NCBI GenBank assembly: GCA_047495785.1
Contig: JBLDXI010000029.1
Location: forward strand, 744,001-808,000
Source: Lepidodermella squamata
Taxonomy: Eukaryota > Animalia > Gastrotricha
Direction: 5' to 3'
Length of the DNA stretch: 64,000 nucleotides
Positions 1 through 12,628 of this stretch are shown piece after piece; positions within the stretch are counted from its first letter, which is position 1, and every line of letters begins with the position of its first letter. The position numbers and the translations under genes are program-made. A model generated the notes under the pieces. It saw only the letters and a program-made list of their open reading frames with translations, was not told where the DNA came from and did no database searches.

Positions 1-587
1 AACAGTCAACCTCCGTGAGTGGGGCGAATGACGAAATGTGGTCGACATCCATGGCTGACACGGTTCATGCGTCGAAAGTCGTCGAGAAACTGCTTACGAA
101 TTTTGACCTGGTTTTCGACAATCTACCGCTCTTCCACACAACGCCAGTAGTTAACGGGTCCGTAGAAGAGCCGAAAGCGCCTGCTGCCGTGAGTAACGAA
201 AGTCGCCTGAGTAATGCGCCTAGTGAAGACGTACCGCATACTAAGTCGTCGCCAGCCGGGTCGCCGACCTCGTCGAAACACTCGTCCCCCGGGCCGCAAG
301 TCGGGCCGAACACGGCTAGTCAAGAATTGCCCCCTGTAACGCTAACGACGATCGTGCCGTTCCGGCCGATCCAGCCGAGTAATAATGTGACTTCATCTAG
401 TGCTTCATCCTCTTCGCTGCAAACCAGTCATGTTATGCACCACTCGTATGACGCGACGGTGACGTCGGCGCCGGCGCCGCTCCCACTGTCGCCGTCGTCG
501 AGCACCACCGATACGTCGATTCAGTCTGTATCGGCTGTAAATGCGCCAATTAGCAAAAAGCTAAGCAATGTCATTGTTAGACTCTGA
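1..587 (+). CDS. 3' end of a gene truncated by the window edge; possible end of a RhoGAP domain followed by a Ser/Pro/Thr-rich tail
   Basis: Frame open from the window start to TGA at 585-587; ..KVVEKLLTNFDLVF resembles the last helix of RhoGAP domains; low-complexity C-terminus. Confidence 0.45.
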   Translation, partial: QSTSVSGANDEMWSTSMADTVHASKVVEKLLTNFDLVFDNLPLFHTTPVVNGSVEEPKAPAAVSNESRLSNAPSEDVPHTKSSPAGSPTSSKHSSPGPQVGPNTASQELPPVTLTTIVPFRPIQPSNNVTSSSASSSSLQTSHVMHHSYDATVTSAPAPLPLSPSSSTTDTSIQSVSAVNAPISKKLSNVIVRL

Positions 588-2746
588 ATTTTGATATAAA
601 ATATTTCGTCGTTATGGTTTCTACTTCTCAGTCCATTATTTACTAGTGCGTAGAAATTTCTACCAAATTTTATAGAAATGGCATCGCTTTGAATTTCAAT
701 CATATCTTGAAAATACACAGCGGATCGCCTCATTTGCTATGCAACGGAGTGTAATAATTTTTCGATGCCACCTGAGGGTGGAAAAAACCGGAATAAGTGA
801 GGCGATTTGCTATGCCTATGATACAATTATTTATAGCCACAATACGGAACCTGTGCGAAAAAATGACTCGATTCCAAGCAAGGCCTTATAGCTCCGTTTA
901 CCTTTATAATTATGCGAGAAAATCGTAGATTCGATCTTTAACGTTCATTTCTCATTTTTCTACGGAATAATTGCTACCATCATTTATTCTCAATTTTCGT
1001 TATACCCATTTATTTTGATTGAAAAAATCGAGAGGTTTATATCATGTACTGTGTAACTGTTATATAATAGAATTATTTCACGTTCATTTCTGAATCTTAT
1101 GAGTAATTGCAAATTAAATTATACGTAAAGGCGCTGAGCGCGCAATTTGAAACTCGAACTGTCTGTTTTGTATAACGCAATAAAAAACTATTGTTATATA
1201 ATACATTATTTGAAAAGGTACCCGACTTTTTGCACTTTGGAACAGAAGTCCAGCGTTTTTTACGTACTTGAAAGAGTTTTTTTAATCCCGACCGCAACAC
1301 GTGTCGTCGGCCAATTTTTTTGCACCGTCACCTGGCTGGACTTTGCACTTTCTGGCACGAGGCTGAAGAGTAATGAAAAAAGTCTCCGTTTTTTATCGCA
1401 GTTCGAGGGGTGTCGCAGTTTTTACTGAAAATTTTTCCGACGCTGGTATTTTTGTTTTCTTCTCAAGAATAAATCTCGCAAAAATTCGTTCGTTTTCGAC
1501 GGTCAGTCACAAATAGCATATCATAGACGCCAGATAAAGAACAGCGGACAAATCAATATTGTGTTATCTCATTCAGAATAACAAAACAACAAAACGCATA
1601 GCGGAGAACAAAAAAATATCCAACATTTTCTCATCATCAAATAATAATAATAATAATTATAATGAGCGGCGGGTTTTCGTAGAAACGAAAATTGTTTTAA
1701 TGGTGAGTTTTCCTTGTTTTTCAAAATTAACATTGGAAGTCGGCTGATTTCAAAAGGTGCAGTGAGACTTGAACGAAATAGCGGCACAGTATTCAACTAT
1801 TATTTTCGTTTTTACATCACAGAAATTTCGGTCTTGTGCCCTAACAAATTTCATCTTAGTAACTGTATTATGGCTTAGGTTTCAAACAAATCGCGCGTTT
1901 CCGTCGTTCCAAATACAGCGAAAAGCATGCTAACGAGAGAACAAGTCCTGCATTACAATGAAAAACGACAGAAAGTTCAAGCTGTTGTACCAGCAATTTT
2001 TTTTGAATAAAGAAAGATGATGGTAGACAGTGAATATGTGATATCAATTAATAAAATTAATTTTACTCAAATAATAACATAATAGTAATCGGTTACAGAC
2101 ATCGAAAAACCAGGTGTGATTTGTGACGATATTAAAGCACCGTGTCATAGATGAATGAAGGTACTACAAAAACTCGGTAAAGGTGACATGAAAGGTATAG
2201 TTAATTGATTTTACACAATAAATTGCGCAATTAGGAAGTCGAGGATTTTCAAATCACTCTCTTTCACCTTCACTTTATACTCATCGACAAAGTTTTTTAC
2301 CGGGAAATTAATATATAAAGTTGATTTTTTTCTGATGCGGAACGACGGGAAATACGCCGCGATTCTTGTCGGGGTTTCGTGATATTTTTTTTTTCGTCTG
2401 AGACTGAACTGAAAAAAACGACGCGCTATTTACATTTATCGCTATATTATTATAGATTTCTTTCAATTTTTCTGTTTCGCAGCAAATATCCGAAACATGA
2501 TGATGAAATCTCAGTTTGACTGGCGTGATCAGATAATGACGCAAAATTTTCAAAGGAAGATGTACAAATTCATTCTTCTAAAATTCGAAAAAAATATATA
2601 TATCGATTTTTTCGAATTTCTCGAATCTTTGGCTGTGTGTTGTGCGTATGTGTGTAAATTCTTTTTATGAACAATATCAATTAAATTTAATATTACAATA
2701 ATATTTTAAGAATATTTTCGTCGCCCGTGGCCCCGCGTCGCCCGTC

Positions 2747-5700
2747 TCAAGTCGCCACGTCGTCCTCGATAGATTCGAACTGCGCCGAGAAGTGCATCTG
2801 GCCGTCGGCGAGGCCCAGCTGCGCCGAGTACCTGAGCTGGTTGCGAGCCGGAGTGACGCGCTCGACGCTCTTGAACAGGTGCACGCCCTGGCGGTGGTAG
2901 AGCGACCAGCGCGGCTTGCGCCCGGCCGAGATCGGTTCCGTGATGCCGTCTGAGATGACCACGTTCGGGCTGATCGGCACGCTCATCGACGGCGACAGCG
3001 CCCCGCCGAACGTGTACTCGATCCAGAACGCCAGTCCATTGCACGTGCCCGGGCTAAAAAAAGAACAAAATCCGTCAAGTTAATCTGTAATGAGCTGATA
3101 AAGATGGGGGAAATTGTATTTTGGACTATCGTTCTTTTATCATATCCGAATTTTCAAATTCATGTTGGCATGATATACCAAATTAAAGGAACTTTATAGA
3201 CTACAGTCCCATTTTATTTACATGCACACCTTGTCATATATTTGAGTTGCTGATACGACAAAATCCTAGATTTTCTATCGATTTGTGCCTCCTTTCAACT
3301 GCGCTCGAGAGAGATATATAGAGTTTAAAGTTACTACGCTTGATCTGGGTCTCATGAATAATACGTCTCGCCATTGTGGTGATTTGCTTTTCTTCGACGA
3401 GCGTCTTACCACTTCTTCTAGAAAAACTCCTCAATTCTCGCTACGTTGTTCTAAAAATGACCCAAGTTTATTAACACATAAAATGGTTCTGCTGTGTCCC
3501 GAAGATTGACAATTAATTTTTTACAAAAAATATTGTTTTTTTGAAATCAAACAGTTGATCGTAAAATAAGACTGTTTTCCATTTTACTTTTACTAGTTCC
3601 ATCATAAAATTATTACTGCTGACCAGCATGGTTTCATCAAAAAAATCGACCCAAATGTGCAATGCTATCGTCGACATTATATGCCGTTAGCCATAAGAAG
3701 CTACTGCAAAAGCTTGAGGCGATGGTTATTAATGACAAGCTACTATCTTGGATAAACGCGTAGGTAAATGACCGTAACCAACATGTCCTGTGAATGGCAG
3801 TGCTAGTCGTTCTGCAAAGTCAAAAGCGGTGCACCACTGGGCTCAGTTTTGGGCCCACTGATATTATAAATAATCTACCGCCTGGTGTGCAAATACAACT
3901 TTTCGCCGATGATAGCAAAATATATGTCGTGTTCTCATTACACGAGGATAGATAGTGGAAAATCTGGAACTCAAAATATCAACTCAAAAAGCTAGTTATT
4001 GTCTCCTTCTACGTTTCTATGGATGTGTCCAAAAAACTGTTCACGCATATTTTGGCGAATTTTTCCAAGGTTGAACATGATTTGAAAGCTTTTGATTTGA
4101 AAGACAGTGTGACACAGTGGCCTAGTGGTTATAGTGTGACACAGTGGCCTAGTGGTTAGGCGACTAGCATAGGGTATGCTAGTGTGGTTCTAGTGAGGCA
4201 CGGGTTCAACGCCCGCGTCTGCACAAGAATTTGTGATCACGACAGCGGCCGACCGAAGTCGCTGGATAAAATAAAATTCCGGTACTCGAGTACAAGTTGA
4301 AACACTTGCTTGAGGCTCGCGATGGGGCGGGCGTAGGTTACACGTGTGCAGTGACCCATCATCACTTCCCCCGCCTCAAAGGTAGCACACGGGAGAGCTG
4401 CGGTGAAAAACCAGCGGCGAGCAATGGGGGGACAGCTGGTAACTGTCTAGGAGGAAGTGCCCCACCATCAGAAGCGCCTCCGAAAAGCGGGGCCACGGCC
4501 CCGCCGTAAATATAAAAAAAAAATCGCTGATTTCAATGTGGTTCAAAGGATTTGGATGAGGCTTGCAAAATGACGATGCTAAAATTGCCAAAATGAGCTT
4601 TTGGGCACACTACCAAGTAAAAATTGATTTGAACACTCATCGAAATTCTAAAAATTTTCGGTAAATTTGAAATTCATCTATAATTTCACTTTGATAATGT
4701 TAATAATAGCCAATATAATTAAATTTGATTCCCAGAACAACGTACCACATAAACTGAAGAATGCCCGATGCGACAGCGGTTTGACCGGTCGGCCGCCGGG
4801 CGTTGCTGTTGCTGTTGCTGTTATCATTACTGGGCAGCGAGTCCTCGTCATTGCTCATATGGTGGTTGTTGTTGTTGTTGTTGCCGTTATCGCCGTTAAT
4901 CAGGCTGCACGTGCTCATGCGCGGTGAACTCGAAGTTGTTACGACGAGGTCTTTCGCGTTCGTGAAGTCGAAAGTCATCAGCGTGTGTTCTTCGGATAAC
5001 GCCACGCCGGGGTACTCCCACAGCGGCTGCGGTTCAATGTTGGGGTCGGCGTGTTCCAGCGCCGCTTGGATGATGTTGTCGAGGGGCGTCAGATCGAAAC
5101 CGGTGCAACGGCCGACGGGCGCGCGAATTTTCCACAGATCTTCAAATTCCATCGCCAGCATTTTTAGCCGAGCTCTGAAACAATAATCGAAAATTACAAA
5201 ATTTGCAAATAATTCCTCGAGGTAAAATTCGGATAAAAAATGTGCGCATAAATCGGTCAATGCATCATGAATCATCGAATAAACTGAATTATCTAGAGAG
5301 AAATGTCCGCCTTTACATGCTAAATATAGCAAATAATATAATGATGCAAATTCACAGACAATATACACATGGGATTCGATTGCTGAACAAGGTCAGAGCA
5401 AGGAATTTAGTTCTAAGAAACTTCGTTTACAATGTTTTGTTTGTATAATCTACAAAAAATTGAAGAAAAAAACGCTGAATAGATGATAGACCACCCGTTT
5501 ATCTCACATAACGCAGAATAAAAATCCCCCATTATTCGCCATAAAAAGTTTCATTTCAAATCTGTCATAAGATTCCGTTTCCAATTGAAAAAAATTGTCC
5601 CTCTCAAAAATCTAGTGAGGTCAGATTTCAAAATAGAATCTTTATTTCATCTTTTCAAATTTACCGAACAATATTTATGCGTGAAAATAATTCTCAATTA

Positions 5701-8700
5701 AAAAAAAATATAAAATCTGAAAACAATTAAAAATTTGCTTCAGGTTTCAGGTGAAAGTGGAATTTTTTAAAGCTTAGGCGGTGGTTTTGGCCTCAGAACT
5801 GCAAAGCTCAGATGTCACTTTCGTGCAAGCATTCAACAGCAATTTAAATATTTTTCTTCATCACGTTCCTTAAAAACCGAAATCCCGCAATTGAGCTTTA
5901 ACTGGAAATTTGCACTCCATTTCAATATCTTTCCAAGTTTTTCCTGAACGGCATTTTTGCGGCATATAAATGGGAAATGGTTCCCACATTTTCATTTTTG
6001 TTTAGATTTTGTGGTCCCAATTCAACAAACATCTCGCTTCGAGGAGAAACTCAGAAAATCAACGGATAAATCTCACAAATTGCACACTACCGGCCTAAAA
6101 CCACACTTATATTGAATTAAGAGGGCAATATTTAGTAGAAATCATTTCGGAAACTGCTTATGAGGTCTTTCTTGAACTTACTTGACAGGAATGGTGAGTG
6201 AATCGGGTGCGATCAGCTGCTTGCGCCTGATCGTCTGCAGCGCGTGCCAGTACGTGAGCGACTGCAGGTAGGGCAGGTAGTGGCTGTCCGTGTAGCTGTA
6301 CTCGGGCTCGGCGACGACGAGATTCGGCTGCAGGCCGTCGAAGTCCGCCGGCGTCAGCTCGTCGACCGGCTTCCGAATGACCTTGACGCGGTCGCCCAGG
6401 TTGTTGAACTCGACGATGCGCTCGATGACCGAGGCGCACAGCGAGTTCGGCTCGACCGTGAAGACGCGTTGCGCGCCCAGCACGGCGCAGATCAGCGACA
6501 GCGGGTTCGCGTCGCCCAGGCACAGGCACACGGCGGATGAGGTCGGTGTGATCAACTGAAATACAATTCAAAGATTATCGCATCTTCTTCGACTTCGAAA
6601 TTGATACAAGAATAAATGTTCAAATTTCACAATTTTTCGAATATTCCAGGAAATATGTTTCAATTGCCATTTTTTGAAGTTTATCGAAATTAAATATTCA
6701 CTTCCAATCTATTCATCTTATCAAGCCTACAATATTTTTCTCAGTTCAAAAATAGTCTAGTAACTCGACAATTTGCCGATGATTAATCGTCTTGCGGCAC
6801 GTATTATTTTTGAGTTTTCAGCAAGAATTAACTTCGCATTAGTTTTTGCATGTCAAAATTACGTCATTTTGACCATGGCTGAGCGAAAAAAGTATTAGGT
6901 GCAGCGGCGATGTGTATCACGTGTTTGGAGCAAAGCGTGGGAATGAGAATACAAATTTAGATATTTATTAGCACCAGATCGAGAATGATGTATAGCGACG
7001 AGAAAATAACGAAATTCGCCGAAAACAGCCAAAAATAGCTAAAAATAACTAGTCAAAATCGAAGTAACTTCCGGGAAGATTCCAGAAAAACTAAAAGCGT
7101 TTTAGATCTTATATCTTCACGGCCTGTTTTTTTAGTGCAGAACACAAAATCGAATCTTGCATGAAGGAAGAACGTGACCCGAAGGGCTTTACCAAATTTG
7201 TAATCTCTCAACTTTTTCCAATTCTCATCTTCAAAAATCTTCCAAGCCTGACATTGACGCTATTTCAAGGATGATTAATCGTCTCGCCGCCGTGTTGTAA
7301 CTAAAATGAACAGGAAAAGTTTGCGCTCTGTGTTCTCATGCCAAAATGACGTTATTTTGACTGAGGTAGAAGTACAACAATAGAAGACACCAAACGTGCC
7401 GCGGCGTGATGCGCATCAAAGGTGTCGAGTTAAGCGCGGTCAATGAGAAATGAAAACTGTAATAATTTTTTTCATAAAAACTACGCCGTATTTTTGGTAA
7501 GAGAAAAGCAAAAAATAACTCCTAATCAGAAAAGAGCTTTTCAAAAAATCTAAAATTGAAATGTAATATTAAATAAAAGAATGTCCCCATATTCCCGGGT
7601 AAATCTTGCTATTAGCGAAAATTTCATTTAAAGAAATTATAAAACTTTTAAGAATATCTGTTGAGTTAGACCAGAATCTAGATCAATTTAACTAGGCCTT
7701 AAATTATAAGTTTTTAGAGCCATTTAAGAGATCAAATTAGAAGAAAAATCAACACGTGGGTTACGTGATTCAGAAATCCGGTTTCTGCTTAAAAATGAAC
7801 CTCAAATTTCGGTTGAAATTCAGTTGAAAAATAATGTTATCTGGTTATCAATTTTACCCTATAAACGGTTTAAAAGTTCAATTTGGGCATATATTTTAAT
7901 TTTCATATTATAAACCAAATATTTGATAGAAAACAAACTTTTGAAAGGGCGAGAGAATATTTATCGAGGCGATACCGGTCGTTCCAAGCACCGATTCGAG
8001 ACCGGCCGAGGGCAATGTGAAGCAGGCAAGTGCACACCGGCCGCGAATTCGACTCGCCATCAGCTTCGTCACTCTCGCCAAAGCCGTTGTTGTTGTTATT
8101 ACTGCTACTAGTTTTAATACCATTACTATCACCATTTTCGTTGTTATTATCAACAATCGCAGAATAGTTGCTGCTGCTGCTGTTATTGTTACTATTTACA
8201 ACGTCACCGCGGCCTTCGAGTTTATTCCGCTTCGGCAGCACGTCCGAGCAGTCGGAAGACACGGATAAATTGTGCTGCAACACGTGGTTGCAGCTCTTGC
8301 CGTTACTCGTCGAGTTCGAGTTCGACTTCGCCTCGTCGAGGTGCGGGTGCGGGTGCGATATCGCCCCGGCTTCGATGTCAAACCACACGCTGTACTCGTC
8401 ATGAGCCGCCTGCAGGTGAATGGCCTGGCCGGCCTCGAAACACACCGCCTCGCGCGGGTAGTAAATCGCCTGCAGCCAGTGATCCCGCCAAATGTCCTTG
8501 CCGTCAGCCCGAGACCAGTGCGGCGCGCAGGAGAGGACTATCTCGCCAGGCGGGTCCATGTCTAGCGTCCACCAGAAGAACACGGCGTCGGCGTAACTCG
8601 AATTATTTGCCTCCAGGTGCTTTCGAGTTCTCGCATTTACCGGCTGGTTCGGCCGGGAGAAGTCGAAAAACAGTACGGGGACGGCCTCGGAGACCGCCTC

Positions 8701-10330
8701 GAACACGGAGTGGGGGATCTGCGATAACTGAAGGTCATGCGGCGACGGCGTGCCGGAGCACGTTTCGATTTCCGGCGGGATTCGAATCACCATTTCAGCC
8801 GGGGTTCCGATCGGGGTCGGCCCGGTGGGCGATAGAATGGCGGTTGAAGACGAGTCTAGCACATAATTTGGCGTCGTTGTGCCAGAGGCGCTGCTGTTGT
8901 TGTTGTTGCTATTCGCCATGTGGCTGAGTTGGATGCCGCCCGATCGCGAGACCTTGAGCGGGAACAACTGATGCCACCGGCGGATCACCTTCGATTGAAC
9001 GATTTGAGCATAGATGGTCGCGCGAGATGGGATAACTACCACATCAGACTGCAAGAAAAAATATTTCACATTCAGTATAAAATCAGCTTTTATTTTAAAA
9101 TAATTATTTGAGTGGGAAACGATGAAATGGCTGAATTTTTGAAAATAATGCATTTTTAACTTAATTTGTCCCAAATTATTAATCTTAAATATTACAAAAA
9201 AATTATTTTATTACCATGATAGCTTGAAATTCTGCTTTAAACAGTTTTTTTTTACATTTTATACGGAGTAGACTTGCGTTTCATTCGTCTCATATTTCAC
9301 TCATCCTAATAGAGCTACGAATTTTGGCACACAGCCATAAATTAGCCACAAATTGATCAAATTAGCTAAATATTTACTTAGGGGTTAGAGAGCTTATTAC
9401 CATTGATTATTTCTAAGAATTCAATAAATATGTATATATCGTAAACACTTACAGTTACCAAGCATCGATGCGCGTGGTTGAAGGTAGAAATTGCGCCCTC
9501 ACCAATGAGTTCCGTGTCGAAAACTTCGGCAATGAGCACATTAGCACGCTGCTCCATGTCGCAGCCGGGCCCGACCGTCATATCGGTCGACCGCTTCGGC
9601 ACCAGTTTGATTTTCGAGCCCATCGAATTCGCTATCAGCACTTGACGCGCGCATTCGTACATTGGGCGAAAGACCTAAATTACAGCAAAAAACAAGTAAA
9701 ATCAAATTAAAATGTAAATTGTGAGTTTGATGATATTAAAGCTTAAAATTCACTCAGACGTAAAAAAAATTGTAGAATTTCTTTCCTCATTTTTTCATCT
9801 AGCTCAATTCAATTTACTTATTATTTTCAATTTCTAAAATATTTCCCTTCATTTCTTGTTTTTCTTCTATTTTCTTTTACGATTTCAAGATTTCTCGCTG
9901 TATTTACCTCACATGCAGTAACAGTATCGGCACCTAAATTAACGGCCATCATGGCGAGAATTCCAGATCCCGTGCCAATATCCAGGACATTGACTCGTTC
10001 GCCACGAGACCTCAGCAGTTCGATAGCATGCTTCAACGCAGCGTGGTACTTTTCATTCTATAAAATAAATTCGCATAAAAAATATTGATTTCTTCGCAGA
10101 TAATCACTAACTCGTTCGCTGTCGTGGAGCATGTCAGCATAGGCAGACCTGGGTGGGGAAAAATCGATGGAATCATTAACGAGAATTAGCAGTTGATAAA
10201 AAACTACTACTACACACCTGGCTATTTCCTGGTGGTAATCGTAAGCCTCGTCGACCGCCATCCACTCTTGCTTGCCGCTCTGAACGTTGGTTGTAGCTCG
10301 AAAAATATGCCTAGCCTCACATTTTTCCAT
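2747..10330 (-). CDS. PRMT7: Protein arginine N-methyltransferase 7, 8 exons (10330-10218, 10148-10112, 10057-9908, 9674-9459, 9048-7939, 6555-6182, 5174-4746, 3053-2747)
   Basis: PRMT7 motifs [51 protein letters not shown] and a second degenerate methyltransferase module; GT-AG introns with consistent phases. Confidence 0.95.
3600..3930 (+). mobile_element. Degenerate non-LTR retrotransposon (CR1/L2-like) reverse transcriptase fragment in the last PRMT7 intron
   Basis: Broken-frame translation gives [42 protein letters not shown] (RT motifs) with stops and frameshifts. Confidence 0.8.
4106..4522 (+). mobile_element. tRNA-headed SINE-like element with duplicated A box
   Basis: A box TGGCCTAGTGGTTA lies in a 26-nt tandem duplication (4106-4131, 4133-4158); B-box-like GGGTTCAACGCC near 4202; GC-rich body; A-rich tail near 4508-4522. 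Confidence 0.65.
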
Positions 10331-12628
10331 GTGTGAGCAAGCAATTAGCTGCTTTGGCTCTTTCTTTTAATCAAAATCCTTTGTAAAATAACGAGCATTG
10401 CAATAAAAAACCGTAATGCGGAAGTGAACGAGTTGCAGACAAAGCGATGAAGTGAAACGTAGATACATGCCCGAATTTGCTATATAAACGATCCAGGTCC
10501 AGAGAGCAACCCCTATTCTATTCGGCTGTTCGTGATATATACCGCCGTTTACTCACAACATCGGTTGGTTTATTATATGGGGAGAATATACATACAAATA
10601 CGCGTTAATGATGATGATGAGCGCCTATATATTGTGTGTAAGCCGCATATTATCGCTATATGCTATTCACAGTAGAGCCGCCACTGAACGTGCTCTGCGA
10701 TTCTAAAAAAAGCAGGGCGATATATTGCATACTTGTAATGCTGCTCGCCATGCTTACAATAGTCGCACTATATATATGTAGTATGCTGTGAATAAGGGAG
10801 AGAACAATAATACACAAAAACCACTTCGGTAATATAAGCTACAAAAAGTATGTATACACAATGCAATTTTCATCCGACACGCCGAAATATTTCATTTATT
10901 GCCAATACGCATCAAGGCAAAAAACGATTTTGACGAGGTAAAAAACTGGAGCAACCGAAGTCGGAAAATTGTATCAGATACTAAAATTACCATGAATTCT
11001 AGCTCTCATTGCCAGTTTCGCGGTCGCGTAATTATTAACGAGGAGCAATTTGATTAAACCAGCTTAAAAGACGCCCTAAATATGAACGCTCAAAATTATA
11101 CAAAAAGATAACGCTACGCACTATTTATTATGTCCTAAACTATAGCAAAAAAGATAAGGACGAAGGTAGTCAACTATAAACAACTTTTCACATTGCATGA
11201 CTTACGTGTGATAATAAAGGCAAATATTATTGTCTTCTACCAAAATATATAAGAAATAAGTATGTAAGTTAACCTCAACTAACCGAAAAGAAATACTACA
11301 TTTTTTAATTGGGAATATAGTAAAGGAAAGAAACCTGTTTCACGCAGGTATTCATTCAGAAGTCGAACTTAGCTGAAATTTTGAGCGGGTGTGGAACCCT
11401 AGAGGACGAATCTTGATTTTATATATTGAAAGAATTATCTAATAAAAATGTAATAATTATCTTATCAAGTGACCTGGCGTAAGCTCGAATATCCAGGCTG
11501 ATTACAATGTTGTTAACCCTCAGGAAATCAGGTAGCGACTAAAAATCTTGTCAGCCAAACGATGGATTCATGATCCATTCGCAGTCTGGTCACCAGCATA
11601 AGCTATGCCAATAAAAGCTTCATAGATAGAAATAGCATCTCAAATTAATGCTCCGTTCTTAAGAAATAACGGATAGCTCTATGGCTCCAAGACCCAAAGT
11701 GCAGAAAATTAAGAATTGAGCAACTAAGGACGAAGCGTCAAAAATGCAATTTCATTGATCCTCGAAGTGGAACGTAAAGTTTTACTTTTAAAAATATATA
11801 AGTACCGATACGAACATGAATGAATTCTTTCTCATTCAGAACCCAAAGCAGTCAAAGCAGATGAATCCAGAGCCTCTTGGAAGTGAAACAATTATGGTAC
11901 AAGATGTCGGTAAATATTTACCAAAGTTTTTTGTAACCTGCATTGATAATAGCGATCGGAAAAACTCTCAGTCCAAACATCGTACCTTGCTACAAAGGTG
12001 ATGTTGCGCAGCCTGATGTCAGTCTGCGGCTTTTTTGCAGCCTCGCGGTCGCTGAACCCTGCCCATCGATGTTTCGTCGAACGATAAAAAATTCTGGTAT
12101 ATAGATTTTAGCCCGCAAAATTAATGCTTACAATTTAAGTATTTGAGGAAAATTAAATGTTTAAAATATGCGTGAATTTATTATTCGCCAGCCACCGCGC
12201 GCTAAAAAAAGTCCTCACGTCTTGCCAGCTCACGGCTCAGCGTTTCCATTCCAGTAGCGTCTTGCCCGCTTGTGAGTGAAGCCTATCTGCCTAGGCCGCT
12301 TTTTAAAATCGAGAATGGAGCATATATCTGGTGAGATTGATTGAACGATTTCAGTGATCGCTGACAGTCAGCTTAACTTTAGCCAGTTAATTTTAGCGCG
12401 CACGGCGGATATGTCATTTGGCTGCTGAATTCTCTTGATTGACTTTTGTCTTGTTTTAGCCACCTAGCTCTCGTCTACTCACACCTAATAGCATAATTAT
12501 GTACCTTTAGCTTACTCCAAATTGTCCTCGATCAATAACGGAGATTGGCACTGATCTTGAACCATGCTTCAGTATCTTATTTGACGTCCCTATTTTTAGA
12601 TATTTCCTACGAGCACTAATTGCAAAAG

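Noticed and set aside
6778-7450. Two diverged ~170-bp direct repeats in a PRMT7 intron
   Set aside because: Too degenerate to classify; probably old transposon debris
12315-12619. Upstream ATG exon for PDXDC1
   Set aside because: Splicing to 12600 meets an in-frame TAA at 12617; at most a uORF, unsupported without transcripts
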